Source: a virus
IMG/VR virus record: IMGVR_UViG_3300037478_000708
Span: 64,001-128,000 of that record
DNA length: 64,000 bases
Direction: 5' to 3' (one strand)
How positions within the stretch are numbered: position 1 is the first letter of the stretch; each line of letters starts with the position of its first letter. The notes under the pieces are model-generated. The model saw only the letters and a program-made list of their open reading frames with translations, ran no database searches and was not told where the DNA came from. Positions 36,859-45,539 of this stretch are shown one piece after another. Both the position numbers and the translations under genes were made by a program.

Positions 36859-37284
36859 ATGGCGCTCGACTACAGCAACCCCCAGGTCAGAGAGACCGCC
36901 GACCTGTACTCTCAGGCCCTTCGGGCGGAGCGGGAGTTCCGCTGGGAGGATGCGATCGGGCTGTACCAGCAGTGCGCCGACGCCTATGAAGCTCTCCCTC
37001 GGGAAGCGAAGAAGCCGACCAGGGTGGAGTTCGCCGTGTTCCTGATGGGCGGCGGCGTGAGCGGTCTCGGATCCCGCGCGTGCGAGCGAGCGCTGCGTCT
37101 CATTGGGATCGAAGCCGATCCGGACGTGCTCCGTGACCTGCATGAGGACTGGAAGCAACGAGCCAGGGATCCGTACCTGCCGTCAATGTCGGATGAGCTG
37201 CGTAGGCGCGTGCAGGGGAAGTGGCGGGAGGCCGTCGTCGCGCTCGAGGCTCGTCACCCGTTCCTGAAGAAGAGGGCGCGCTGA
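36859..37284 (+). CDS. Hypothetical helical protein
   Basis: ATG with RBS AAGGAG, 141 aa. Confidence 0.7.
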   Translation: MALDYSNPQVRETADLYSQALRAEREFRWEDAIGLYQQCADAYEALPREAKKPTRVEFAVFLMGGGVSGLGSRACERALRLIGIEADPDVLRDLHEDWKQRARDPYLPSMSDELRRRVQGKWREAVVALEARHPFLKKRAR

Positions 37285-37315
37285 TGGAGGTCGAGGCAGG
37301 ACGATCCGAGATCGG

Positions 37316-37345
37316 CTAAAGTTCGGATGGCGTCTCCGCCGACAA
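37316..37345 (+). promoter_or_regulatory. sigma28-like promoter P3
   Basis: CTAAAG-N16-GCCGACAA upstream of the GHKL ATPase gene. Confidence 0.75.
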
Positions 37346-37387
37346 GGGAGAGGACAGGGCTTCGGCCCACAACGGAGGACTACAGGC

Positions 37388-38914
37388 ATGGCGAAGGACA
37401 ACTGGTTCGCGGTCGACCGCAAGGGCATGGCGCAGGTGCTCGCCCGACGGTCCAAGGCCGCCGCGATCTTCGAGCTGATCTCGAACGCGTGGGACGCGCC
37501 GGGTGTGACGGAGGTCAACGTGTACCTGCGCGCGGTCGAGGGCCGAGCGCTCGTCGACCTCTCGGTCGTGGACAACTCGCCTGAAGGCTTCCTCGATCTG
37601 GAGGAGGCCCGCACGCTCTTCGCGCCGAGCCGCAAGAAGAGCGACCCGACGCAGCGCGGGCGCTTCAACCTCGGCGAGAAGCTCTTCCTCGCACTCTGCA
37701 CCGAAGCGCGCATCACGAGCATGCGCGGCTCGTTGATCTTCTCGGAGGACGGCAGCGTCAGCCGCTCGCGTCAGTTCCGCGAGATCGGCACCGAAGTCTC
37801 CGCGCGCTTGCGCATGACGCGGGCGGAGCTGGCGGAAGCCGACGGTGAGCTGAGCAACCTCGTCAGCCCCGCAGGCATCGTCACGCGCATCGCCATGAGG
37901 TTCGGCGACGGGGTGCAGGACGTCGACGTGACGCAGCTCGCGCCCGTCCGGCCGGAGGTCGTCTTCACGGCCGCCCTGCCGACCGAGCTGGCCGGCGCAG
38001 ACGGAGAGCTTCGGCCGACCGTCCGCCAGACCGAGGTACAGGTCTGGCGTGCCGACGTCGGTCGGCTCTACGAGATGGGCATCCCGGTCGTGGAGATCGA
38101 GGGCTCGCTCTCGTTCAACGTGATGCAGAAGATCCCGCTCACGATCGACCGCGAGAACGTCAAGCCCGCCTTCCTGCGACGCGTGCGCGTCGAGGCGCTC
38201 AACGCCCGGCCGGCGCTCGTGCGCGAGAAGAACGAGGCGGAAGAGGTGTGGGTCACCGAAGCCCTGGGCTCGAGCAACCCGCGGCCGACCTCCGACCTGA
38301 TCGAGTACGTCATGGACCTTCGCTTCGGCAAGAAGCGGGTCTCGTACGACCCGAGCGACGTCGAGGGTTCGCAGCTCGCCATGAGCAAGGGCTACACGGT
38401 CGTCTCGGGCGGAGCGCTCCCGCGCGAGGTCTGGACCAACGTTCGGGAGTCGGAAGCGATCAAGCCGGCCGGACAGGTCACGCCGTCGAACCGTGTGCAG
38501 TTCAGCGCGACGGGCAAGGACGTCACGGTCGACCCCGCGAAGGTGCCGGGAGCGCCGGAGGTCATCGAAGCCTTCCGGCGTATCGGCGAGATGCTGCTCG
38601 GCTTCCCGGGGGACCTGCGCGTCGACCTCCTGAACGATCCGCGCAACTACGGTGCGTGCTACGGCAAGCGCATGCTGCACCTGAACCTACGCCGCCTCGG
38701 CCGCGCCTGGTTCCGGACCGCGCTCGACGACGGGCGTCTCGGCAAGGACCACCTCAAGCTGCTCGTTCACGAGCTGGGCCACGACTACGCCGAGAGCCAC
38801 CTCGACGAGGGCTTCCACAAGTCGCAGACCGAGCTGGGCGTGGTGCTCGCGCTGCTCGTGGCCGAGCACGGGCCGGACCTGCTCCAGCTCGAGCTGTCCG
38901 AGGTGTGGCCGTGA
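37388..38914 (+). CDS. GHKL (HATPase_c) ATPase fused to a C-terminal zincin-like HEXXH domain
   Basis: ELISNAWDA, V.DNSPEGF, LF..S.K......RGRFNLGEK, GT.V; C-terminal LLVHELGH.....H...F. Confidence 0.85.
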   Translation: MAKDNWFAVDRKGMAQVLARRSKAAAIFELISNAWDAPGVTEVNVYLRAVEGRALVDLSVVDNSPEGFLDLEEARTLFAPSRKKSDPTQRGRFNLGEKLFLALCTEARITSMRGSLIFSEDGSVSRSRQFREIGTEVSARLRMTRAELAEADGELSNLVSPAGIVTRIAMRFGDGVQDVDVTQLAPVRPEVVFTAALPTELAGADGELRPTVRQTEVQVWRADVGRLYEMGIPVVEIEGSLSFNVMQKIPLTIDRENVKPAFLRRVRVEALNARPALVREKNEAEEVWVTEALGSSNPRPTSDLIEYVMDLRFGKKRVSYDPSDVEGSQLAMSKGYTVVSGGALPREVWTNVRESEAIKPAGQVTPSNRVQFSATGKDVTVDPAKVPGAPEVIEAFRRIGEMLLGFPGDLRVDLLNDPRNYGACYGKRMLHLNLRRLGRAWFRTALDDGRLGKDHLKLLVHELGHDYAESHLDEGFHKSQTELGVVLALLVAEHGPDLLQLELSEVWP

Positions 38915-39048
38915 CGGTGCGCCCCGTCTTCGCGTGGTACGACCTGTGGGTCGGTGCCTTCTACGACCGCGCCAAGCGTCGGCTGTACGTCTTGCCCCTG
39001 CCGTGCCTCGGGCTCGTCATCGACTTTAGAGGAGGACGATCAACATGA
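38911..39048 (+). CDS. Small hydrophobic phage protein
   Basis: FAWYDLWVGAFYD....LYVLPLPC; GTG overlaps the upstream stop. Confidence 0.6.
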   Translation: MTVRPVFAWYDLWVGAFYDRAKRRLYVLPLPCLGLVIDFRGGRST

Positions 39049-39266
39049 ACATGCGTGAAGAAGAACTCGCGGCGCTCGAAGCCCACCGTGCCCAGGTCGA
39101 AGAGGCGTGCGAACAGATCGATCGCGCTGTCGCAGAGATCGAGGCGTCCGCCGGTCGCATCGAGACCGCCGGCAACCCCGAGTTAGCTCAGCGCCTCCGG
39201 TTACGTGCGGACGTGCTACGCGGGAAGCAGAGGGAGCTGCGCGATGGGATCCGCTCGCCGGGCTAA
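39045..39266 (+). CDS. Small coiled-coil protein
   Basis: RBS GGAGG, 73 aa. Confidence 0.6.
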   Translation: MNMREEELAALEAHRAQVEEACEQIDRAVAEIEASAGRIETAGNPELAQRLRLRADVLRGKQRELRDGIRSPG

Positions 39267-39792
39267 GGAACAGCGTCGCAAGGCGCGCAAAGAGAAGCAG
39301 GCCGTGAAGCGCGAGCGCGTCTGCGGAGAGTGCCGCGCGTGCTGCACGGTGCTCAGCATCCCCGAGGTCGACACGCCCGCGGGCACGCCCTGCCAGCACG
39401 AGTGCGACAAGGGCTGCGCCATCTACCGGGTGCGTCCGAAGCGCTGTCAGGAGTTCTCCTGCGGTTGGCTCCACGGTGTCGGCCGCTCTGCGGATCGCCC
39501 CGACAAGGCGGGCTGGTTCGTGTCGGTGGAGCGACAGACGTCGCGGCTCTTCGACGTCGTTGGCGGCGCGAACGCCTCGAACACGCTCCTCGTGGTCCGG
39601 GCGTTCCGTTCGGGCAGCGTGGACACGCCGGAGTTCCGTGCGCTCCTGCGGGGATGGGTCGAGCGAGGCAGCGCGGTGCTCGTACTTGAGCGGAACGTGG
39701 TCGACGGGGCTTCGTGGCTATACGGCCCGCGCTTCCCCAAAGGCGTTCAGATCCCGACGCGAGACATCTCCGGCGTGCAACCGAGGACGTGA
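39244..39792 (+). CDS. CxxCxxCC (YkgJ-like) Zn/Fe-cluster protein
   Basis: CGECRACC...C.H....GC.IY..RP..C..F.C.W. Confidence 0.8.
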   Translation: MGSARRAKEQRRKARKEKQAVKRERVCGECRACCTVLSIPEVDTPAGTPCQHECDKGCAIYRVRPKRCQEFSCGWLHGVGRSADRPDKAGWFVSVERQTSRLFDVVGGANASNTLLVVRAFRSGSVDTPEFRALLRGWVERGSAVLVLERNVVDGASWLYGPRFPKGVQIPTRDISGVQPRT

Positions 39793-40025
39793 TGGCAGAG
39801 TTCGTGTACCTGCAAGGCGCGGAGGACGTGCGTTCCGCCGGCAGCGCGATGAGGTCTGCGGCCGAGCAGATGGCCCTCGCCGCGTCCGCCCTGAACGAAA
39901 CGTTGCAGCACGATCGAATGCTCCGCGAGGAGGCGGACCGGATTCGGCACGATCAGATGGAGAGCTTGGTGACGCGCTTCGAGCGCGCGGTCGAACGTCT
40001 GTGCGACCTGCGGGACAAGCAATGA
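39792..40025 (+). CDS. Small hypothetical protein
   Basis: MAEFVYLQGAEDVRSAG..., coupled start/stop. Confidence 0.6.
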   Translation: MAEFVYLQGAEDVRSAGSAMRSAAEQMALAASALNETLQHDRMLREEADRIRHDQMESLVTRFERAVERLCDLRDKQ

Positions 40026-40261
40026 ACGAGAGCAACGACAAGGCCGCGGTGTGCCCGTGCGGCAAAGCCGGTCCGTTCACGCCGTTCCAATACTGCGACT
40101 CCTGCGGTCGCCAGTATCAGGGGCGGGGTCACTGGGGCGACATCGCGTCGGACCGGCGCGTCGACGAGTACCGTGAGCGCTACGTCAGCGACGAGCCGAC
40201 GCACAAGCTCGGGGACTATGGCGATCCGGATGATCCCGAGTTCCGTGGGGGTTGGAACTGA
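40022..40261 (+). CDS. Small Zn-ribbon protein
   Basis: CPCG...CDSCG; ATGA overlap. Confidence 0.6.
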   Translation: MNESNDKAAVCPCGKAGPFTPFQYCDSCGRQYQGRGHWGDIASDRRVDEYRERYVSDEPTHKLGDYGDPDDPEFRGGWN

Positions 40262-40467
40262 TGCCCAAGCGGAAGCTGAGGGTCACGGTCGTCTCGTGCA
40301 ACGACTTCCCCGAGCGCGTTATGCGCAGCGAGGAGAAGGCGGAGGCGTGGGTCCGGGAGCAGAACGAGTCCGAGAGGCAGCGGATGGCGGATGAGGACAA
40401 CGGCGTTCGGCGCTCCGGGATGCCGCGGCGCTACTACCACTGCCACACGTTCGAGCTTGAGGACTGA
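40261..40467 (+). CDS. Small hypothetical protein
   Basis: TGATG coupling, 68 aa. Confidence 0.6.
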   Translation: MPKRKLRVTVVSCNDFPERVMRSEEKAEAWVREQNESERQRMADEDNGVRRSGMPRRYYHCHTFELED

Positions 40468-40493
40468 GGCCCGCGGGATTCGGTCCGGTTTCG

Positions 40494-40523
40494 CTCAAGT
40501 GATGCGCAGGCGGCGGCCGATGA
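40494..40523 (+). promoter_or_regulatory. sigma28-like promoter P4
   Basis: CTCAAG-N16-GCCGATGA. Confidence 0.8.
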
Positions 40524-40544
40524 GGAGGGCGTAGGAAAACACCA

Positions 40545-41273
40545 ATGAGCGAGAACCTCGCCGAATACCGGGACGTCTTGAGCCGCCGCCTTGCCAGCGT
40601 GCGCGAGAAAGGCGCGCTGCACGACAAGCTCCGCGACAGCCTGCGGGATGCGCTCGCGGGCGAGTTGAAGCTGTCCACGTCGCCCCCGTCCGTCGTCGAC
40701 GTGCTGGCGGCCGAGTACGAAGGTCGGTACTGGCGCACGGCGCTTTCGCTGATGCAGGCGGAGGAGAACCTGCGTCGGGAGCGTCCGCGGGTGTACGCGG
40801 GCTACGCGTCCGCCGAGGCGTACCGGGATCAGTGCCGCGAGGAACGCGACGCTGCGCTTGGGGTTCTCGCTCCGCTCCGCGCGGAGTACGCGCGGCGTCC
40901 GTGGCTGCGGTACTTCCTCGTTCCGGGCGGCCACGTGCACCGCGGCATGAGCTGCTCGACCTGCTACCCGACGACCCACTACGGGTGGCTTCCTGAGCTG
41001 TCCGGGTGCGACGAAGCCGCGATGGTCGAGGTGTACGGAACGGCTGCCTGCACGATCTGCTTCCCCGACGCGCCGACGCTGCCCGGGTGGCTAGCCGCAG
41101 AGAAGCGCAACGCGGCGGAGGCCGCTGCGAAGGCGGCAAAGACCTGCCCTGGCTCAGGACGGCCCGCCGTCGGCGGTCGCCGTTACCAATCGTGCCCCGA
41201 GTGCCAGACGGCGCAGTTCGTGACGGCCAATGGCTACGGGAAGTTCCGCAAGCACAACCGCCCCGAGGAATGA
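40545..41273 (+). CDS. Cys/His-rich hypothetical phage protein
   Basis: W.RYFLV.GGHVH..M.CSTC...WLPELSG...CTICFPDAP; C-terminal CPGSG..CPEC. Confidence 0.75.
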   Translation: MSENLAEYRDVLSRRLASVREKGALHDKLRDSLRDALAGELKLSTSPPSVVDVLAAEYEGRYWRTALSLMQAEENLRRERPRVYAGYASAEAYRDQCREERDAALGVLAPLRAEYARRPWLRYFLVPGGHVHRGMSCSTCYPTTHYGWLPELSGCDEAAMVEVYGTAACTICFPDAPTLPGWLAAEKRNAAEAAAKAAKTCPGSGRPAVGGRRYQSCPECQTAQFVTANGYGKFRKHNRPEE

Positions 41274-41432
41274 CGATGCTGCAACCCGCTCGTCTCTCCG
41301 GTCCGCGCGTCTGCTCCGCGCCCGTGCCGCCGCCCGGCGCAAGCTCGACCTCCCCCAGGAGACGCGTTAGCGTGATCTGCAAGCGGGATCGGCCTCCTGG
41401 GTCTAGGTGGTCTCGGCTCGCTGGATAGATCC

Positions 41433-41711
41433 ATGAGTGACCAAGTTCTAATCGCCTTCGCCGCCAGTCTCGCACCGACGCTGCTCGCGACCGCTACTCT
41501 CGTCGTCGCCATGCGCGGCGTTCGCAAGGTCGAACAGGTGGCGAGGGTCACCGAAGAGGTGCACAAGGCGACCAATTCTCTCACCGATCGACTCGTCGAG
41601 ACCACGCGCACCGATGCACACGCGCGAGGTGTCTTGGACGAGAAGGAGCGGGCCGAATCGCAGCAGCCCGACCAAAAGCAAGAGCCGGCAGGGGGCTCGG
41701 AGACCCTGTAA
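41433..41711 (+). CDS. Small membrane protein
   Basis: N-terminal hydrophobic helix followed by a polar tail. Confidence 0.6.
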   Translation: MSDQVLIAFAASLAPTLLATATLVVAMRGVRKVEQVARVTEEVHKATNSLTDRLVETTRTDAHARGVLDEKERAESQQPDQKQEPAGGSETL

Positions 41712-41761
41712 CCCGGAGCGCCGCCCTGTGCGTCGGTGACTCCCTCTTCAAGGACCGACGC

Positions 41762-42739
41762 ATGAAGCACTTCTTCGACCCCGACCTGCCTGAGCCGCTG
41801 ATCGTCAACTTCGGCGGCGGTGTGGACTCGACGGCGATTCTCGTCGGACTCACGCGCCTCGTACGCGACGGTGACGAGTCCGCCCGTCCGGACCTCGTGC
41901 TGTTCGCCGACACCGGAGGCGAGCTGCCGGCGACGTACGAGAACGTGGAGCGCATGTCGAAGTGGCTTCGCTTCCGCGGGTTCCCGTCCGTGACGACCGT
42001 CAGCCGTCCGTCCGAGATCAAAGGCCGCGTCGGCTACACGACGCTCGAGGAGAACTGCCTCGAGAACGAGACGCTACCCAGCGAAGCGTTCGGTCGTGGC
42101 GCGTGCAGCTCGAAGTGGAAGCACGAGCCGATGGACGCGTTCCTCTTCGGCCGCAAGCGTCCGTACAAGCAAGGCTGGCTTGAGGCCAACGGCTTCGCCG
42201 GTCTCAAGCCGACCAAGCTGATCGGCTACGACGCGACCGAGACGAAGTGCGGCAAGCGCGGGAAGTGGGCCAAGGTCAGCGAGGACGCCGTGGCGAAGTA
42301 CCGGTTCCCGCTCGTCGAGTGGGGCTGGACGCGCGAGCGCTGCATCCAAGAGATCGCGCGCGAGGGCCTGCCGGTCCCGGTGAAGAGCGCGTGCTTCTTC
42401 TGCCCCAATCAGCAGGTCGAGGAACTGCGCGCGATCGCGGAGCACTCCCCGGAGCTGTTCCTGCGCGCGCTCGTGATCGAGCAGGTCGCCCACATGGGCC
42501 GGCACGGCCTGCACTCGATTGAGGGCCTGTGGAGGCGCACGAGGAAGACCGACCGCCGGCCGGGGTCCTGGGTGACCTGGGCTCAGCGCGAGGGCCTCCT
42601 AGAGGCCGCAGAGCGCGCCGTGGGCAAGACCCTGGAGGAAGCGGTCGCCGATGCCAAGCCGGACCTGGCGTCGAGCCCGCGGGCCGCAGAGCGGCTCCGC
42701 GGACTTCGGGTGGACGAGCCGTCTTGCGCGGGAATCTGA
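41762..42739 (+). CDS. PAPS-reductase-like (PP-loop) protein
   Basis: VNFGGGVDSTA, FADTGGE, C..KWK..P, IGYD, RFPL.EWGW.R..C, KSACFFCP. Confidence 0.85.
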   Translation: MKHFFDPDLPEPLIVNFGGGVDSTAILVGLTRLVRDGDESARPDLVLFADTGGELPATYENVERMSKWLRFRGFPSVTTVSRPSEIKGRVGYTTLEENCLENETLPSEAFGRGACSSKWKHEPMDAFLFGRKRPYKQGWLEANGFAGLKPTKLIGYDATETKCGKRGKWAKVSEDAVAKYRFPLVEWGWTRERCIQEIAREGLPVPVKSACFFCPNQQVEELRAIAEHSPELFLRALVIEQVAHMGRHGLHSIEGLWRRTRKTDRRPGSWVTWAQREGLLEAAERAVGKTLEEAVADAKPDLASSPRAAERLRGLRVDEPSCAGI

Positions 42740-42766
42740 CGACCCGCTCCAGATTCTCCGGGTACG

Positions 42767-42796
42767 TTTCAGGTGGGAGCGGTCAACGGTCGAAAG
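42767..42796 (+). promoter_or_regulatory. sigma28-like promoter P5
   Basis: TTTCAG-N16-GTCGAAAG. Confidence 0.6.
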
Positions 42797-42818
42797 AGAG
42801 GGAGCAGGAGGCATCACC

Positions 42819-43187
42819 ATGAACCAACAACTGACTCCCGAGGAGCGCGTCGGCCGCCACCTCGCCTACCGCCGTCGAATCGGCGAACAGGCGTTTCAGG
42901 TCGAGCACTACCTCGCGCTCTGGAAGAGCGCCCCGACGGCTGCCAACTGGCGGCGCGTCGTCGAAGCGGCCGAGGCGTACTACCCGCTCCTCGATGACGA
43001 GGGTCCGGAGGCGCTCGCTCGCCGGCTGCGCGCGGGGCAACGCATCTACTGGACGTTCGCTCGTTGTGGCGGCGTGTCCGGTTCGGTGCGCACGGGGCTC
43101 GGTCGCTTCACGCGAGCGGGCGCGCGCGGAAGGCTCTACGAGCAGCGCTTCCGCAAGGGGTCGAGGAGCTGGACGAAGGAGAGCTGA
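42819..43187 (+). CDS. Hypothetical protein
   Basis: ATG with RBS AGGAGG after P5. Confidence 0.65.
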   Translation: MNQQLTPEERVGRHLAYRRRIGEQAFQVEHYLALWKSAPTAANWRRVVEAAEAYYPLLDDEGPEALARRLRAGQRIYWTFARCGGVSGSVRTGLGRFTRAGARGRLYEQRFRKGSRSWTKES

Positions 43188-43190
43188 GAG

Positions 43191-43604
43191 ATGAACGCCA
43201 TGCAACGAACCCACGATCTCACCCGCGACGCGGATCTGCTCCACGCCGCGCTCTACCACTCCTCGCCCGCGCGCTTCGCGCTCGACGGCCGTCAACGTCT
43301 GCAAGCCTTCGTGCTCTGCGACGGCTACGGGTCGCGCTCGGCCGACGAGCTGATCGAGGCCGGGCTCACCGCAGACTGGTCGCACGTGCGCGACTCCAGC
43401 GACGAGGCCCGCGTGCGCGCGGCGGCCTACGTTCGCGAACAGCTTGGGTCCGTCGGGCTCGCCAAGGTGGCGCAGCTCCTCGGACAGGCGCCGCTCTGCG
43501 CGGTCTGTGAGGCGGTGGAGGGCACCGTCGACGCGCAGTGGGATCATCGCGAGGTCAAGGTCTGCGCAGACTGCTTCGAGAACGAGACGGGAGACAAGCC
43601 GTGA
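43191..43604 (+). CDS. Hypothetical protein with C-terminal Zn finger
   Basis: DWSHVRDSS motif; CAVC...CADC. Confidence 0.65.
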   Translation: MNAMQRTHDLTRDADLLHAALYHSSPARFALDGRQRLQAFVLCDGYGSRSADELIEAGLTADWSHVRDSSDEARVRAAAYVREQLGSVGLAKVAQLLGQAPLCAVCEAVEGTVDAQWDHREVKVCADCFENETGDKP

Positions 43605-43834
43605 CGGAACAACTGCATCTGCGCGAAGACGGGACCGCGAGCCACTGGACCATGACGCGCCGCGAGTTCTTCGCGACGCACACCGACTTCCGCAACAAGC
43701 CCGGACGGACGGACATGCCGATGCGGCTGGCGCTCTGCCCCAAGGGGGGTACGGTGAGCGTGACGGTGCAGTTCGTCTGCGCGCACGGGGTCGCCGAGAA
43801 GGCGCGCTGCGAGGCGTGCGGAGAGGCGCGGTGA
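43601..43834 (+). CDS. Small hypothetical protein
   Basis: GTGA coupling; HTDF+ motif. Confidence 0.55.
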   Translation: MTEQLHLREDGTASHWTMTRREFFATHTDFRNKPGRTDMPMRLALCPKGGTVSVTVQFVCAHGVAEKARCEACGEAR

Positions 43835-44211
43835 TGGCGAGCTACCGCTACGGAGTGAAGTGGATCGCCGAGAACGACGAACCGCTCGACACCGATCCCG
43901 AGTCGGTGTCGGGGTTCATCTCGGTTCTTCTGCTCGCCGACCTGTTCGCGCGGGACCCGGAGGACGTCGCCCGTGACGTGCTGCTCCTGCGTCTCGACGC
44001 CTACGCGACTCCTCCCGGCGAGTACATGCACATCCGCGGGGGTGGAGAGGTCTATCACTACGGCCGCGTCGAAGCGTACGCGGACCCGCTCTGCGGCAAG
44101 GCGCTTCGCGGGGTGGGTCCCTGCAATCCGCCGAATCGGGAGGTCTCACCGAACGCGACGCTCTGCCCGCGGTGCAAGAAGGCCGCGCTGGAACGGATCG
44201 GAACGGCGTGA
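43834..44211 (+). CDS. Hypothetical protein
   Basis: MASYRYGVKWIAEND...V.LLADLF; C-terminal LCG..CPRC. Confidence 0.6.
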   Translation: MASYRYGVKWIAENDEPLDTDPESVSGFISVLLLADLFARDPEDVARDVLLLRLDAYATPPGEYMHIRGGGEVYHYGRVEAYADPLCGKALRGVGPCNPPNREVSPNATLCPRCKKAALERIGTA

Positions 44212-44429
44212 CGCGTCCGCTCACGAGGCACCTCGCCGCCGAGCTGCGCCGCGCGGTGAACGCGACGGGGACGTACGACCCGCGCATCGCGCTGGTCGTG
44301 ATCGAGGAGTGGCTGACAGCGGAAGAGTTGGAGGACGCGGAGGCGTTCCTCAAGTGGATCTATCAGCGAGGGCTTACCTTCGGGCACAACATCTTTGAGG
44401 TCTGGGAAACGTGGCAGAGGTTGACATGA
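44208..44429 (+). CDS. Small hypothetical protein
   Basis: Coupled; FL.W......TFG..N motif. Confidence 0.55.
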   Translation: MTRPLTRHLAAELRRAVNATGTYDPRIALVVIEEWLTAEELEDAEAFLKWIYQRGLTFGHNIFEVWETWQRLT

Positions 44430-45163
44430 GGTACGCGCGAACCGCGGCGGAGGTCGCGAAGATCATCGGCATTCCCGTCGAGCGCTGGCCGGGGCAGTGC
44501 TACGGCATCGCGAGCGCGATGCTCAAGCACGAACTCATCGACGACGAGACGGCTGAGCTGCGCTACGGGCACTGGCTCGGGCCGGTCAGCGAGAAGTGCC
44601 CGGTGGCGCGCTTCCGCGAGAGCCACGCGGCCGGCACGCCGTTCCAGCGGCACGGGTGGATTGAGATCCCCGTGGACCCCTACACGCGCGCCTGCGCGAC
44701 CTGCGCGCACATGGAGGACGAGCACGAGAGTTCGTTCCTGGCTCCGTGCGCGCACTGCACCTGCCCGAGCTTCGAGCCTGAAGAGGCGCGCATCGTCGAT
44801 CCGACGCGTTGGGTCTTCGAGGGGGTCGAGCCCTACGTGTACGAGGGTCCGAACGACTACTACGACATGGGCGGCAATCGCTACCGTGAAGCGAACGAGC
44901 GGCCGTGCCCCCCGTACCGCTCGAGCGCGGACCGCGTGTGCCTGGACATCTGGAAGCACGATCGCGATGCGCACCGATTCGTGCTGGACGAGCTTCTCGG
45001 CTCTGCGCCGGGCATCACGCAGGAGATGGCCTTCTGGTTGGCCAACCTCTCCCTCTCGCGCCTGGGTTCGCACGCGCACGCGATCTACTCAGGACTGCGA
45101 GATGTGGGGCTCAAGGCGCGCGTGCCGATCGACAACTGGCGGGCCGTGATGGGTCAGGATTAG
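44426..45163 (+). CDS. Hypothetical protein, possible transglutaminase/papain-like fold
   Basis: GQCY..A...HGWI...IVDPT (Cys-His-Asp spacing) with an inserted Zn ribbon. Confidence 0.6.
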   Translation: MRYARTAAEVAKIIGIPVERWPGQCYGIASAMLKHELIDDETAELRYGHWLGPVSEKCPVARFRESHAAGTPFQRHGWIEIPVDPYTRACATCAHMEDEHESSFLAPCAHCTCPSFEPEEARIVDPTRWVFEGVEPYVYEGPNDYYDMGGNRYREANERPCPPYRSSADRVCLDIWKHDRDAHRFVLDELLGSAPGITQEMAFWLANLSLSRLGSHAHAIYSGLRDVGLKARVPIDNWRAVMGQD

Positions 45164-45193
45164 CTCAAGTCGGAGACCCCGCGCGGTCGAAGA
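45164..45193 (+). promoter_or_regulatory. sigma28-like promoter P6
   Basis: CTCAAG-N16-GTCGAAGA. Confidence 0.8.
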
Positions 45194-45233
45194 GGGGCGT
45201 ACAACGGGACACCGAAATCAGGAGAACCGAACC

Positions 45234-45539
45234 ATGCAACATCGATTCGCCAAGCCCGAGCCGCACGTCTTTCAGGGTCCGCCCTTGTGGTGGGCCACCC
45301 TTGATCCGCTTTCGGGTGACGGCCGTCCGGGCTGCGGACTGCTTCCCGGCTGGCGTCTGGAGGTCTTCTGCGGCCCCGTGCTGCGCTATCGCGAGACGTA
45401 CGTCGATCGTCCTCGCGTGATCGAGGACGCGCGAGCGGACGCGGACGCGTACATGAACGGGCGCGTGCCCGAGTGGCGCGCGGCCGTCGTGGGCGGGCTG
45501 ACCCTCGAGGATCTGGATCTGTCGAGGGAACCCGCGTGA
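45234..45539 (+). CDS. Hypothetical protein
   Basis: RBS AGGAG, first gene after P6. Confidence 0.6.
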   Translation: MQHRFAKPEPHVFQGPPLWWATLDPLSGDGRPGCGLLPGWRLEVFCGPVLRYRETYVDRPRVIEDARADADAYMNGRVPEWRAAVVGGLTLEDLDLSREPA

